43,269 bases of DNA from Alphaproteobacteria bacterium UBA2562 (lineage in GTDB: Bacteria; Pseudomonadota; Alphaproteobacteria; UBA2562), in the NCBI GenBank assembly GCA_002340345.1, contig DDLW01000078.1:1-43269 (forward strand). The letters run 5' to 3'. The notes below the pieces were generated by a model. That model saw only the letters and a program-made list of their open reading frames with translations, did not search any database and was not told the origin of the DNA. How positions within the stretch are numbered: position 1 is the first letter of the stretch; each line of letters opens with the position of its first letter. Shown in pieces: positions 1 to 9,108 of this stretch. The position numbers and the translations under genes are program-made.

Positions 1-16
1 TGCGCATTAAAGTGCT

Positions 17-123
17 TAGAGCAAAGCTGGTTAAAGTGGCAGCCCCTATCACCATGCGTTTTGCGGCAAAAACAAAAACAGAGAGCATTTCTACTGATTC
101 AAAATAAAAATGAAATGCTCTAA
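17..123 (+). repeat. Copy A of a ~105-bp structured intergenic repeat, next to the window edge
   Basis: Aligns by eye with the copies at 34665-34769, 35810-35915 and 40941-41046. Sequence: TAGAGCAAAGCTGGTTAAAGTGGCAGCCCCT..CATGCGTTTTGCGGCAAAAACAAAAACA, then arm AGAGCATTTC (82-91), a 20-nt loop, and arm GAAATGCTCT (112-121). Confidence 0.85.
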
Positions 124-469
124 CAGGGGCGGACTCAGGACCATGGCTTTTCTGGTCCTGAGTCCATGTCTTATGGGCTTTATGTGTCATGAAGCTTCTC
201 AATTTTAGTTTGTCAGGCTTGTTGGTCATTTCCCTCGGTTTCCTGTCATATTTATAAAAAAGAAATTTTATTTCTCTCTAAGACTTTTTCTCGAAATTTA
301 GCGTTAAGGAAGCAAGATGGAACGCACTCTAAAATATTTCATAAATTTTTTTTACTTCAGGCTTTATTCAAAAGATGACAACGCCCTTATTCTCTTGATA
401 AGACAGCCGAAACAAATACAAACTTTCTAAAGAAATCGGCTTTTTGTCGTTTACGGCACACTCAAAAGA

Positions 470-2128
470 ATGAGCTTTTTTCCTTCTGTATTCAGAAAGG
501 CTGTCCTTATGCAACCATTGCCGTCTCGTTTGTCTGTGTTTCAAAGTGCTAAAGACGTCGGACAGACGGGTGTTCGTGCCGCTTGGGAACGTCTGTGCCT
601 TATTCAAGAAACTCTCTTGAAGTCACGGGCAAAAAGCCAAGGCAATGTTGCGGTGATTGATATTGGGTCTAATTCAGTCAGGCTTGTTGTTTTTGATGGT
701 GTCAGCCGTTCTCCTTTAGCGCTTTTCAATGAGAAAGTGCTGTGCGGTTTAGGGCGCGGTGTTGGGGCAGAGGGGCGGCTTTCCGAAGACGCCATGGCCA
801 TGGCTCTTGATAGCTTAGAGCGATTTGTCCATTTAAGCCATGCGATGAGGGCCAAGGAAATTGCGCCTTTTGCCACGGCTGCTGTCCGAGATGCCAGTAA
901 TGGCGCTCAATTTTTGCAGCAGATTCAAGACAGATGCGGTATTTCTGTTCGTCTTTTATCAGGAATCGAAGAAGCGAAATATTCTGCTCTTGGTGTGTTG
1001 GCCGGCGCCCCAGAGGCACGTGGCCTTATGGGTGATCTGGGAGGGGGGAGTTTAGAGCTGGTGGGCCTCCATGGTCGCCAAACAGTCTCAGAAGGGAACG
1101 CTCTCACATCACAAAACTCTGTTACATTACCTCTTGGCCTTTTACGCTTAATGGAAGATTCTGGCTATAAACGGAGCAAAGCGCGAGAGATCATTATGAG
1201 CCATCTCGACACGCTAAACTGGCTTCCTGAAAGGCAAGATTTCTATCCTGTAGGGGGGGCTTGGCGTAATTTAGCACGTATCCATATGGAGCGTACAAAT
1301 TACCCGCTGCATGTTATTCATCAATATTGCCTTAACCATGATGAAGCCTTGCGCACATTAGATGTCGTTGAACGCATGACAAAAAATGATTTGCTGACAA
1401 TCAAAGGCGTTTCGAAAAGGCGCGTTGATACGCTTCCATTCGCTGCCTTGTTATTGCGCTGTCTTATGGAGCGCTGCACACCGCGTTCGGTTGTCTTTTC
1501 TGCTTTTGGTGTTCGTGAAGGTATCCTTTATGATCGACTTAATGCGGATATGGCCGCAGTCGATCCTTTGATTGAAATGTGTTACGATATCTCACATCGC
1601 GCAAGCCGTTTTGAGTCCATGGGCAATGCCTTGATGCTTTTCTCAGATGGTCTATTTCCCGATGATTCTGAAGAAGAGCGACGATTACGCTATGCGGCTT
1701 GTTTGCTGGGCGATATAGGTTGGCGTGTTCATCCTGATTATCGTGCTGATCAAAGCTATGAACGGGTCTTACAAGCGCCTTTTAGCGGTATAGATCATGC
1801 GGGGCGTGCTTTTATTGCTTTGGCGGTGCATGCACGCTATGGTGGTGATTTATCGAAGAATCTTTTAAGAGCACCACGAGAGTTGCTCCATGAGAGTTTA
1901 TTCCATAAAGCTCTGCTGCTTGGCAAAACAATGCGTCTCGGATTTGCCTATTCGGGCGCGACACCTGCGTTACTGAGTGAGGCCGCAATTGCTTTTGAAG
2001 AGGCGCAAGTCGTCCTCACAGTGCCTGAGAAAGAAAAAGCTCTCGCTTCAGGAATGGTCGAACGTCGTTTCGAAAATGTTGCAAAAGCTCTACATATGAA
2101 AGGACGCATCCATTTTCGAGAAGCATAA
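470..2128 (+). CDS. ppx: Ppx/GppA family exopolyphosphatase / guanosine pentaphosphate phosphohydrolase
   Basis: 552-aa ORF with the N-terminal ASKHA phosphate-binding motif VAVIDIGSNSVRLVVFDG, later DLGGGSLEL, and a C-terminal HD-like region. The start is uncertain; an alternative ATG at 509 has GAAAGG upstream. Confidence 0.85.
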   Translation: MSFFPSVFRKAVLMQPLPSRLSVFQSAKDVGQTGVRAAWERLCLIQETLLKSRAKSQGNVAVIDIGSNSVRLVVFDGVSRSPLALFNEKVLCGLGRGVGAEGRLSEDAMAMALDSLERFVHLSHAMRAKEIAPFATAAVRDASNGAQFLQQIQDRCGISVRLLSGIEEAKYSALGVLAGAPEARGLMGDLGGGSLELVGLHGRQTVSEGNALTSQNSVTLPLGLLRLMEDSGYKRSKAREIIMSHLDTLNWLPERQDFYPVGGAWRNLARIHMERTNYPLHVIHQYCLNHDEALRTLDVVERMTKNDLLTIKGVSKRRVDTLPFAALLLRCLMERCTPRSVVFSAFGVREGILYDRLNADMAAVDPLIEMCYDISHRASRFESMGNALMLFSDGLFPDDSEEERRLRYAACLLGDIGWRVHPDYRADQSYERVLQAPFSGIDHAGRAFIALAVHARYGGDLSKNLLRAPRELLHESLFHKALLLGKTMRLGFAYSGATPALLSEAAIAFEEAQVVLTVPEKEKALASGMVERRFENVAKALHMKGRIHFREA

Positions 2129-2136
2129 AAATATTT

Positions 2137-2949
2137 TTATAAAGTCTCTTTGAGCAGAGCTGCAACAATAGCTTCTGGGCAATCTTCTTGAACAAGATGA
2201 CCTGCATTCTGAATTGGGATGCACGGACGATCAGAGAGTAATGAAGCGAGCTTTTCTCCCTTTGCAAAAGGAATCCACTCGTCTTTTTGGCCCCATAACA
2301 CGGAAACGGGACACGCCATTCGCGTGTAGAAGCCTTCGACGTCATCTGTGTATTTCTGATCCATTTGTGCTATTTGCCGATAAAAAGCAGCTTGCCCAAC
2401 TGTGCCTAACCATGGCGCGCTATAAATTTGAAAAGCTTCTTCTGACAAGGGCTTATGCGCAGATGTTTGTAAATATGCCCTAAGAAGAGCTTGGTGCATA
2501 GAATCCGGCAGCCCTGAAAATGCAGCCTCATGTTTTCGTACATGGCGCACAAAGGGAGAGCCCCAAGGCGCTAAAGCAACGGCGTCAAAGATCGTCAAAG
2601 ACGCATAGCGCAGCCCGTTCAGATAGTAAGCGCGTAGAGCTGTTGCACCACCAAAATCATGTGCCAAGATATGAGGGCGGTCTAACGTCCACTCAGCACA
2701 TAAAGCTGTTAGGATTTGAGTCTGAACAGCCAAAGAGACGTCCTGACCCTCGCGCATTTCAGAACATCCATATCCAACGAGATCGAAATAATAAAGAGTA
2801 TATCGTGACGTCAAATGCGGTACAATCCGACGCCAAACCTGTGATGAGAAGGGCGTGCCATGGAGGGCGATCAAGGGCGGGCCGTCTCCGATCTTTCCCC
2901 ATCGCACAGCGTTGTTTTCAAGAATGGATGTATGTGGAAGGTCAAGCAT
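2137..2949 (-). CDS. Alpha/beta-fold hydrolase (haloalkane dehalogenase / epoxide hydrolase-like superfamily); substrate unknown
   Basis: 270-aa ORF. It has an HGTPFSS oxyanion-type motif (HGxP), a nucleophile-elbow-like AHDFGG, and a C-terminal AGHLVQED histidine motif. It is convergent with ppx; the two stop codons are 8 bp apart. Confidence 0.8.
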   Translation of the reverse strand: MLDLPHTSILENNAVRWGKIGDGPPLIALHGTPFSSQVWRRIVPHLTSRYTLYYFDLVGYGCSEMREGQDVSLAVQTQILTALCAEWTLDRPHILAHDFGGATALRAYYLNGLRYASLTIFDAVALAPWGSPFVRHVRKHEAAFSGLPDSMHQALLRAYLQTSAHKPLSEEAFQIYSAPWLGTVGQAAFYRQIAQMDQKYTDDVEGFYTRMACPVSVLWGQKDEWIPFAKGEKLASLLSDRPCIPIQNAGHLVQEDCPEAIVAALLKETL

Positions 2950-2965
2950 AAAAATAGCTCACATT

Positions 2966-2983
2966 GTCAATTAGCTAATTGAC
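2966..2983. promoter_or_regulatory. Perfect 18-bp palindrome GTCAATTAGCTAATTGAC in the divergent hydrolase/arsR promoter region; candidate ArsR-type operator
   Basis: Read directly from the sequence. It lies in the 37-bp gap between the hydrolase start (2949, minus) and the arsR-like start (2987, plus). The operator role is an inference. Confidence 0.5.
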
Positions 2984-2986
2984 TAT

Positions 2987-3304
2987 ATGATGGATAAGAT
3001 GGATCGATCAACACAAATCAAAGCCATGGCCAGCGAAACACGTTTGCAAATTCTTCGGCTCCTGGCAGCCCCTGATGCACATTTTGCGCAACAGCAGTCT
3101 GCCGATCCAGTGCAGTTCGGTGTCTGCATGACCCTCATTGCGGAGGCCTTAGAGCTTGCGCAACCCACAATCAGCCGCCATCTCGAAATATTAAAACAGG
3201 CTGGTTTTTTGGTCGTACAAAAACATCAAAAATGGTCCTACTGCAAACGCGACGAAGCCGCCATCCGAGACTATATCAAATGGCTCGGGCAAGAATTACT
3301 ATAG
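2987..3304 (+). CDS. ArsR/SmtB family winged-helix transcriptional regulator
   Basis: 105-aa ORF with ETRLQILRLL and the recognition-helix region QPTISRHLEILKQAGFL. Three closely spaced ATGs (2987, 2990, 2999) could each be the start. Confidence 0.85.
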   Translation: MMDKMDRSTQIKAMASETRLQILRLLAAPDAHFAQQQSADPVQFGVCMTLIAEALELAQPTISRHLEILKQAGFLVVQKHQKWSYCKRDEAAIRDYIKWLGQELL

Positions 3305-3332
3305 TGAACAAATAAATCCTCCTGATCGCTTT

Positions 3333-3363
3333 CGTCTTGCGGCAAAAATAAAAGTCTAGAGCC
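3333..3363 (+). repeat. Degenerate relic of the repeat core
   Basis: CGTCTTGCGGCAAAAATAAAAGTCTAGAGCC resembles the core GCGTTTTGCGGCAAAAACAAAAACATAGAGCA, matching about 24 of 30 positions by eye. The hairpin arms are absent. Confidence 0.4.
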
Positions 3364-3391
3364 CTCCGCGCCATAAACCGAGACATCTCTT

Positions 3392-4228
3392 TTATCCTTT
3401 ATTTTTTGCTTCTTGCCATAAGGCTTCCATTGTCTCTAAGCTTGTGTTTTCAAGAGGCGTGTTGTCTTTTGCCAGGGAGTGTTCAATATATTTAAAGCGC
3501 GTTTCAAATTTATAATTTGCACGCCGCAAAGCATTCTCTGGGTCAATATCACATTTACGTGCCAAATTCGCGACCACGAAAAGCAGATCGCCAATTTCTT
3601 CCTCTAATTTTTCTTTTTGCGTGCTTGATATTTTATCTGCTGAATCTCCACGCAGTTCTTGCTTTACCTCATCAATTTCTTCCTGCAGTTTTTCAAAAAC
3701 ACCTGCAAGATTTTCCCAATCAAAGCCAACCCTTGCAGCACGTCTCGACAATTTTAAGGCGCGGAGCAAAGCTGGAAGCGCTGTGGGAATCCCGTCTAAA
3801 ACACTCGGCACACTCTCCAAAGTCTCTGCTTTTTTTTGTCTTTCTTCTGCCTTGATATTTTCCCATGAAAGGGTTTGGGCCTCTGCGTCGACGATCTCTT
3901 TTTCCCCAAAAATATGGGGATGCCGCCGGATCATTTTCTCATTGACGCAAGAGACGACATCTGAGAAATCAAAGAGAGTCTCTTCAGAAGCCATTTGGCT
4001 ATGAAAAACAACCTGTAAAAGCAAATCCCCGAGCTCGTCTTGCAAGTCATGCATATCCTCTCTTTGGATAGCATCTGCGACTTCATAAGCTTCTTCAATC
4101 GTATAAGGGGCTATTGTTGCAAAATTTTGTTCTAAATCCCAGGGGCAACCGCCATCTGGATTGCGAAGCTGCGCCATAATCTCTAACAATCGGGCAATCG
4201 CGTCTTTGCTCTTATCATGATCCGTCAT
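3392..4228 (-). CDS. mazG: Nucleoside triphosphate pyrophosphohydrolase MazG
   Basis: Tandem MazG domains with EExxE-type motifs (TIEEAYEVADAI; LQEEIDEVKQEL...EEEIGDLLF). The ORF-track start at 4276 is TTG. I prefer the ATG at 4228 (MTDHDKS), which has AAGGA upstream. Confidence 0.88.
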   Translation of the reverse strand: MTDHDKSKDAIARLLEIMAQLRNPDGGCPWDLEQNFATIAPYTIEEAYEVADAIQREDMHDLQDELGDLLLQVVFHSQMASEETLFDFSDVVSCVNEKMIRRHPHIFGEKEIVDAEAQTLSWENIKAEERQKKAETLESVPSVLDGIPTALPALLRALKLSRRAARVGFDWENLAGVFEKLQEEIDEVKQELRGDSADKISSTQKEKLEEEIGDLLFVVANLARKCDIDPENALRRANYKFETRFKYIEHSLAKDNTPLENTSLETMEALWQEAKNKG

Positions 4229-4324
4229 TGGAAAGACATAGTCCTTATTTTGGAAGATGAGGCGGCTGGGTGCCAAAACTGCCTTTAAGCCTTTTGTGAA
4301 GATTGCAAAATTGAATTGAAGCGT

Positions 4325-5539
4325 TTAATGGCGTGCTGAGACGATCAGAGACATAAGCACGTCAAACTCGTGCCGCGTGATAAAGCGATGCTCTTTGCAA
4401 TACTCTGTCTTTCGGGCATCCTTTTGTCGGCAAGCGCGAATGAGTTGCAGCAGTGCGTCTTCGCCAGTCATAGCTTCGTCACCGATCAGTGGAAGAAACC
4501 GCTTCAGAAACGCCGTTGTATCCGATTGGTGCACAATAACTGTGTTCCATGCAGGGATCACCATCAGCGCTTGATTTCCGAGACCCCAAGCCCAAAATGT
4601 CTTATCTGGGAGGCCGGTGTCTGGCTCTGGGATCCACCAAAGATATCCGTGTCTCCCTCTCAAACCGCCATTCCCAGTCTCCGTGAAGTCTTCGGTCATA
4701 AGACGTGCCCACCCCTTAGCAAGAATAGACTGATCACTTGAAACGCCGTCATTGAGATAGAGTGCACCAAACTTGGCGAGATCGCGAGCAGACATCCGGA
4801 ACATCGCAGCGCGATGTTCTGAAAGACTAGGATCTGCGAGATAAAACACAGCAGAGCGCTCAAAATCCGTCATGCCGATGGGCCGCGCGATGCCAAGATC
4901 AAAGGCTTCCGCAATTTCAGTGCCTGTTGCGTTTTCAAAGACAGTTGTGAGCGCGTTGTAGTCCCAGTTGTTATAGGCCCATAGGGTACCTGGTTGGTTT
5001 TCGGTATGCCCTAAGCGCTTGTCGATCTCTGCATGTCGTCCTCCCGAAGCGGCTGCCGGGTGATTGATGCCTGACACGCTGCGGAGCAAATGTCTCACAG
5101 TTGTTTGACGTTGTAGCGCTGTCAATGGCAAAGGGGAGTCATCAATCCCAAGTTCCTGGAGCGTTGCGTCAAGAGACAATAGGCGCGCGTCTGCACGCAC
5201 TTGTTGACCGATCAGCGCGCTTAGGAACGACTTTCGAATTGAGTGAACATTGTAAGGTATGGACAGATCACCGAATGCACCGACAACCTGCCCATCAGTC
5301 ATGATCAAAAAGGAGTCCGTGCTCAATGTCGAAACATGCTCAAAAACGTCGTCCAATCCATCAGAACGCCAACCAAGTTCTTTGACGGCAACAGAGTTGA
5401 GGCGCGTGACATCAATCAATCTTGCGGGCGCTTTAGAGCGTGAGAAACCATTCTCACCGGTCAATAAGAGATAGGCCAAGGCAGCAACAAGGAGGGCTAT
5501 AACTGTCAGTGCGTAGATTATGGTACGGCGTGCCTTCAT
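4325..5539 (-). CDS. Membrane-anchored serine hydrolase of the beta-lactamase / PBP4* family (class C-like)
   Basis: N-terminal hydrophobic anchor (TIIYALTVIALLVAALAYLLL) and an SxxK motif (HSIRKSF). The family fold is inferred from overall similarity. The ORF-track start at 5605 is TTG; the ATG at 5539 is preferred. Confidence 0.7.
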   Translation of the reverse strand: MKARRTIIYALTVIALLVAALAYLLLTGENGFSRSKAPARLIDVTRLNSVAVKELGWRSDGLDDVFEHVSTLSTDSFLIMTDGQVVGAFGDLSIPYNVHSIRKSFLSALIGQQVRADARLLSLDATLQELGIDDSPLPLTALQRQTTVRHLLRSVSGINHPAAASGGRHAEIDKRLGHTENQPGTLWAYNNWDYNALTTVFENATGTEIAEAFDLGIARPIGMTDFERSAVFYLADPSLSEHRAAMFRMSARDLAKFGALYLNDGVSSDQSILAKGWARLMTEDFTETGNGGLRGRHGYLWWIPEPDTGLPDKTFWAWGLGNQALMVIPAWNTVIVHQSDTTAFLKRFLPLIGDEAMTGEDALLQLIRACRQKDARKTEYCKEHRFITRHEFDVLMSLIVSARH

Positions 5540-5926
5540 GTGTCTTTTTCCGTTTCCGTTTTGCAATCCGTCCCGAACAAAAGGTTGCTTTGAGCAACGC
5601 AACAAGCAATTGAACCCTTTTGACTGTTGCTCATTTTGGATGAACTCTCAGGAGAGTTTTTTTGAGACTTGTCTTTGTTTGTACAGGTTTGATTTTGAAG
5701 CCTTATCACATATAGCAAGGTCAAAGCAATTGGCCATCGCTGCTACGAAACACACCAGCTGTGTCCGTATAAAGGGTGAGGGGGGCATTCCATGTTGTTT
5801 TATAATCGCAACCTTCGACCATCGGAGCGACCAATATAGGATTGATAAACGTAATTCGCATAATGTATATTATGGTGTAATTTTATATAAGTGTTTTTTA
5901 CCATATTTTCTTTTCTTTTCAAATGA

Positions 5927-6604
5927 CTATGAAAAAGCTGCTCCGATGAGGTTCCGTAAATCCGAAAAGTGATAATCTGGAGGCGATGTTTGAAGCTCTT
6001 GACTTAGGTCAATATGCTCCCAAACAAGGATTGCTGTACAGCCAGCATTGCGAGCACATTCAATATCGATGGGGCTATCCCCAATATACCAAATATCTTT
6101 TCCTGGCTTTAAGCTTGCGGGCTGTAAAGCTTGCAAAATAGGAGCTGAATCTGGCTTATCTTTTGGGGCATCATTCGCCCCAATAAGAGCGCCAAAAAAA
6201 TGAGTCCAGCCGAGATGGGCGCATTCTTTTCTTAGAAAGTCACCGCGCTTATTGCTCACAACCGCTTGATATAAATTGGCCTGCAGCCCCATATCTAAGA
6301 CGTCATGGGCGCCTTCAAGTACATTAAGGCTTTGAATATGATGAGATTCGAAAGTGCTATAAAAAATATCTCTGGCTTCCTCAACGCGATCACCAAATAA
6401 TTTGGGAAAACTATCGCGCATAGAGGCTCTCACACGCTGCAATGTCTCTTGGAAGCTCCATTCTTCCTGTCCCATGGCAGACAAAGTCGTATTGAGGGCA
6501 TGATGAATGGCAGCCCAATTATCCACGAGCGTATTATCCCAGTCATAAATCATAGCTTTAGGAGATGGAAGATCCCCAATGGCCATTTTACTTAAAACCA
6601 TCAT
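5927..6604 (-). CDS. HAD-superfamily hydrolase (subfamily IA, phosphoglycolate phosphatase-like)
   Basis: DxDxT motif (IYDWDNTLVD), SNK motif (VVSNKR) and GDSxxD (IGDSPIDIE). The ATG at 6604 overlaps the dat stop as ATGA (6601-6604), which suggests translational coupling. The longer ORF to 6655 would overlap dat by 55 nt. Confidence 0.8.
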   Translation of the reverse strand: MMVLSKMAIGDLPSPKAMIYDWDNTLVDNWAAIHHALNTTLSAMGQEEWSFQETLQRVRASMRDSFPKLFGDRVEEARDIFYSTFESHHIQSLNVLEGAHDVLDMGLQANLYQAVVSNKRGDFLRKECAHLGWTHFFGALIGANDAPKDKPDSAPILQALQPASLKPGKDIWYIGDSPIDIECARNAGCTAILVWEHIDLSQELQTSPPDYHFSDLRNLIGAAFS

Positions 6605-7485
6605 GATCTCCTCAAGCCTGGCACAGGAACCGATTTCTCTTTCATATAAAGGCAATACGCCTCTAGGAGCACTGAAGCAAAGTCACCTGGATGGCCATTA
6701 CCAACCATATGATCGTCAATTTTGATAACAGGCATGGCAAGAGATGTTGCTGAACTGACCATTGCTTCTCTCGCCTGATAGGCCTCTTCTAAGGTAAAAA
6801 GGCGTTCTTCATATCCCAGGCCACAAGACTGTGCCAGCGCGAGGATACGGTCGCGTGTAATACCTCTTAAAATGTTCTGGCTTGCTGGGCATGTGACGAG
6901 AACACCTTGTGCGGTTACAATCCAAGCATTAGAAGACGTTCCTTCTGTGACATATCCTTGCTGGTCGATTTGCCAGGCTTCATAAGCCCCCTGCTCTACA
7001 GCCTGTTGTTTTCCAAGACAATTGGGCAAAAGCGAGATGGTCTTAATGTCACATCTTTGCCATCTCTGATCTGGGACAGTGATAACATGGACACCTGTTT
7101 TTGCTTTTTGCAAAAGCTTTTTCAGAGGCTTACGTTTGGCATAAATGACGACAGAAGGCTTGGCCTCTTGCGGAAACGCGTGGTCTCTTGGCGCAACACC
7201 TCTGGTCACTTGTATATAAACAATGCCGTCATAGATGTAATTTCTTCTCAGGACTTCTCTTATGATGAGTTTTAACGCAGGCCTTGATAGAGGTTCAGAG
7301 ATCTTCAATTCAGATAAAGAACGCCAAAGCCGATCAAGATGAGGCGTTTCGTCCACGAGACAGCCATCCACCAAAGCAATAACTTCATAGATACCATCTG
7401 AAAATTGATATCCACGATCTTCAATATTGACCATGGATTCTGAGAGAGGTGCATAACGGCCATTGACAAAAGCGATACGAGCCAT
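6601..7485 (-). CDS. dat: D-amino-acid (D-alanine) aminotransferase, fold-type IV PLP enzyme
   Basis: Strong resemblance to Bacillus Dat: EDRGYQFSDGIYEV, YIQVTRG, RWQRCDIKTISLL, TEGTSSN, ILRGITRD. The ORF-track start is TTG at 7533; the ATG at 7485 (MARIAFVNGRY) fits the family N-terminus. Confidence 0.85.
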   Translation of the reverse strand: MARIAFVNGRYAPLSESMVNIEDRGYQFSDGIYEVIALVDGCLVDETPHLDRLWRSLSELKISEPLSRPALKLIIREVLRRNYIYDGIVYIQVTRGVAPRDHAFPQEAKPSVVIYAKRKPLKKLLQKAKTGVHVITVPDQRWQRCDIKTISLLPNCLGKQQAVEQGAYEAWQIDQQGYVTEGTSSNAWIVTAQGVLVTCPASQNILRGITRDRILALAQSCGLGYEERLFTLEEAYQAREAMVSSATSLAMPVIKIDDHMVGNGHPGDFASVLLEAYCLYMKEKSVPVPGLRRS

Positions 7486-7607
7486 GTTCACTCTTTCATA
7501 AAGCATACCAGGTTTGTCGGTAATATAAAGCAAAGCCCATTTTTCATTATAGAGCTGTGGCCTTAAGTCTTACCCAAAAAAGACTTTAGCAGTCTGTACA
7601 TTTATTC

Positions 7608-8984
7608 TTAAAAGAATTCAGGCCGAACTCTTAAAATCTTCTCGACCTTTTTAATCATTTCTGGAGCCGCAAAAATAACAACACGGTCATTCACTAAAAC
7701 AATCGTATCCCCATCTGGGATAATAACAGTGCCGGCGCGCACAATTGCCGCGACAATCACGCCCTCAGGCAGATTAATATCGCGCAGCGGTGTGCCAACA
7801 AGATGAGATGTTTCAAGGGCATCTGCCTCAATCACTTCCCCAAAATTTTCGCCAAGAGAATGGACACTTCTAATACGCCCCCGGCGGACATGTTGTAAAA
7901 TCGTGGATACTGTTGTTGCCCGCGGGCTGACCACAACATCAATACCAAGCGAGCGAATCAAAGGGGCATAATTCGTTTCATTAACCAGAGTCACCGCTCT
8001 TTTCGCACCATATTGTTTGGCGAGCAATGAGGATAAGATATTCACTTTATCATCATTACTGACCGCGACAACGGTTTCTGTCGCCCCAACATTCCCCTCA
8101 TCTAAAATTTCCGGGTCAAGGGCATCACCATTTAACACAACAGTACGCGTCAGAGATTGTGCAACAAATTGCGCCCTATCGCGCTCATTTTCAATGACTT
8201 TAGCGGTAATGCTCGCTTCTTCTTGTTCAAGAGATTCAGCCAAGGTTAAGCCAATATTGCCCCCCCCAAGGATCATAATTCTGCGCACATCTTTTTCTTC
8301 ATGGCCAAAAGCGGCCATCGCACGGGAAGCATGCGTGGTTTCTGCCACAAAGAAAACTTCGTCACCTGCCAGCATCTGATCATTAGGAGACGGCGTGATA
8401 CAGCGATCCCCTCTCTGAATACCGATAACAACAATGTTAAGATCAGGAAACAAAGCGGCCAGCTGCCGAAGAGGCGTATTAATGATGGGGCATGTTTCAT
8501 CACAATGTACCCCAATTAAGCGGACCTTATCCTCTGCCAAGGGGATCATATCGATGGCACCAGACATGGTTAATCGGCGCTTAATCGCTTTTGCCACTTC
8601 AATTTCTGGGGAAATAATATGATCAATGGGCATATGATCGCGTGAGAACAGATCCTGCCATTTGGTTTTTAAATAGCTACGATGACGAATACGCGCAATT
8701 TTTGTTGGTAAGTTAAAGAGTGAATGGGCAACTTGGCATGCAACCATATTCACTTCATCGGCAAATGTGACGGCAATAAGCAGATCTGCATCGGATGCAC
8801 CTGCTTCTTCTAACACATCAGGATAAGAAGCATGACCTAGTAAGCCTTTAACATCCAAACTATCTTGGACTTTTTGGATCAGCGCTGGGGATTGATCAAT
8901 AACCGTGACATCCGCCCGTTCAGCAGAGAGATAACGTGCAATATGGAAGCCAACCTGCCCTGCCCCACATACAATGACTTTCAT
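7608..8984 (-). CDS. trkA: Trk system potassium uptake protein TrkA (two tandem RCK/NAD-binding modules)
   Basis: MKVIVCGAGQVGFHIARYL and a second Rossmann motif ILGGGNIGLTLA, with the expected length of about 458 aa from the ATG at 8984. Confidence 0.9.
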   Translation of the reverse strand: MKVIVCGAGQVGFHIARYLSAERADVTVIDQSPALIQKVQDSLDVKGLLGHASYPDVLEEAGASDADLLIAVTFADEVNMVACQVAHSLFNLPTKIARIRHRSYLKTKWQDLFSRDHMPIDHIISPEIEVAKAIKRRLTMSGAIDMIPLAEDKVRLIGVHCDETCPIINTPLRQLAALFPDLNIVVIGIQRGDRCITPSPNDQMLAGDEVFFVAETTHASRAMAAFGHEEKDVRRIMILGGGNIGLTLAESLEQEEASITAKVIENERDRAQFVAQSLTRTVVLNGDALDPEILDEGNVGATETVVAVSNDDKVNILSSLLAKQYGAKRAVTLVNETNYAPLIRSLGIDVVVSPRATTVSTILQHVRRGRIRSVHSLGENFGEVIEADALETSHLVGTPLRDINLPEGVIVAAIVRAGTVIIPDGDTIVLVNDRVVIFAAPEMIKKVEKILRVRPEFF

Positions 8985-9108
8985 GAGATAATCCCCATAC
9001 CATAGCAATCTCGAAAAACGCTTAATCAGTTTATGATCATTGATCGCCATCACTGGCATTCAAGACAGGGTCAATGACCTTTAAGAGCTGTGATGATTCT
9101 GAAAATGT

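Noticed and set aside
2125-2140. AT-only palindrome ATAAAAATATTTTTAT containing both convergent stop codons of ppx and the hydrolase
   Set aside because: It has no G or C pairs and is too weak to act as a terminator hairpin. It is probably just the two stop contexts.
5520-5972. 150-aa plus-strand ORF spanning the 320-bp gap between the HAD and serine hydrolase genes
   Set aside because: It is Cys/Phe-rich, overlaps both neighbouring gene ends, and has no motif or RBS. I also looked for an Hfq-like reading frame in this gap and found none.
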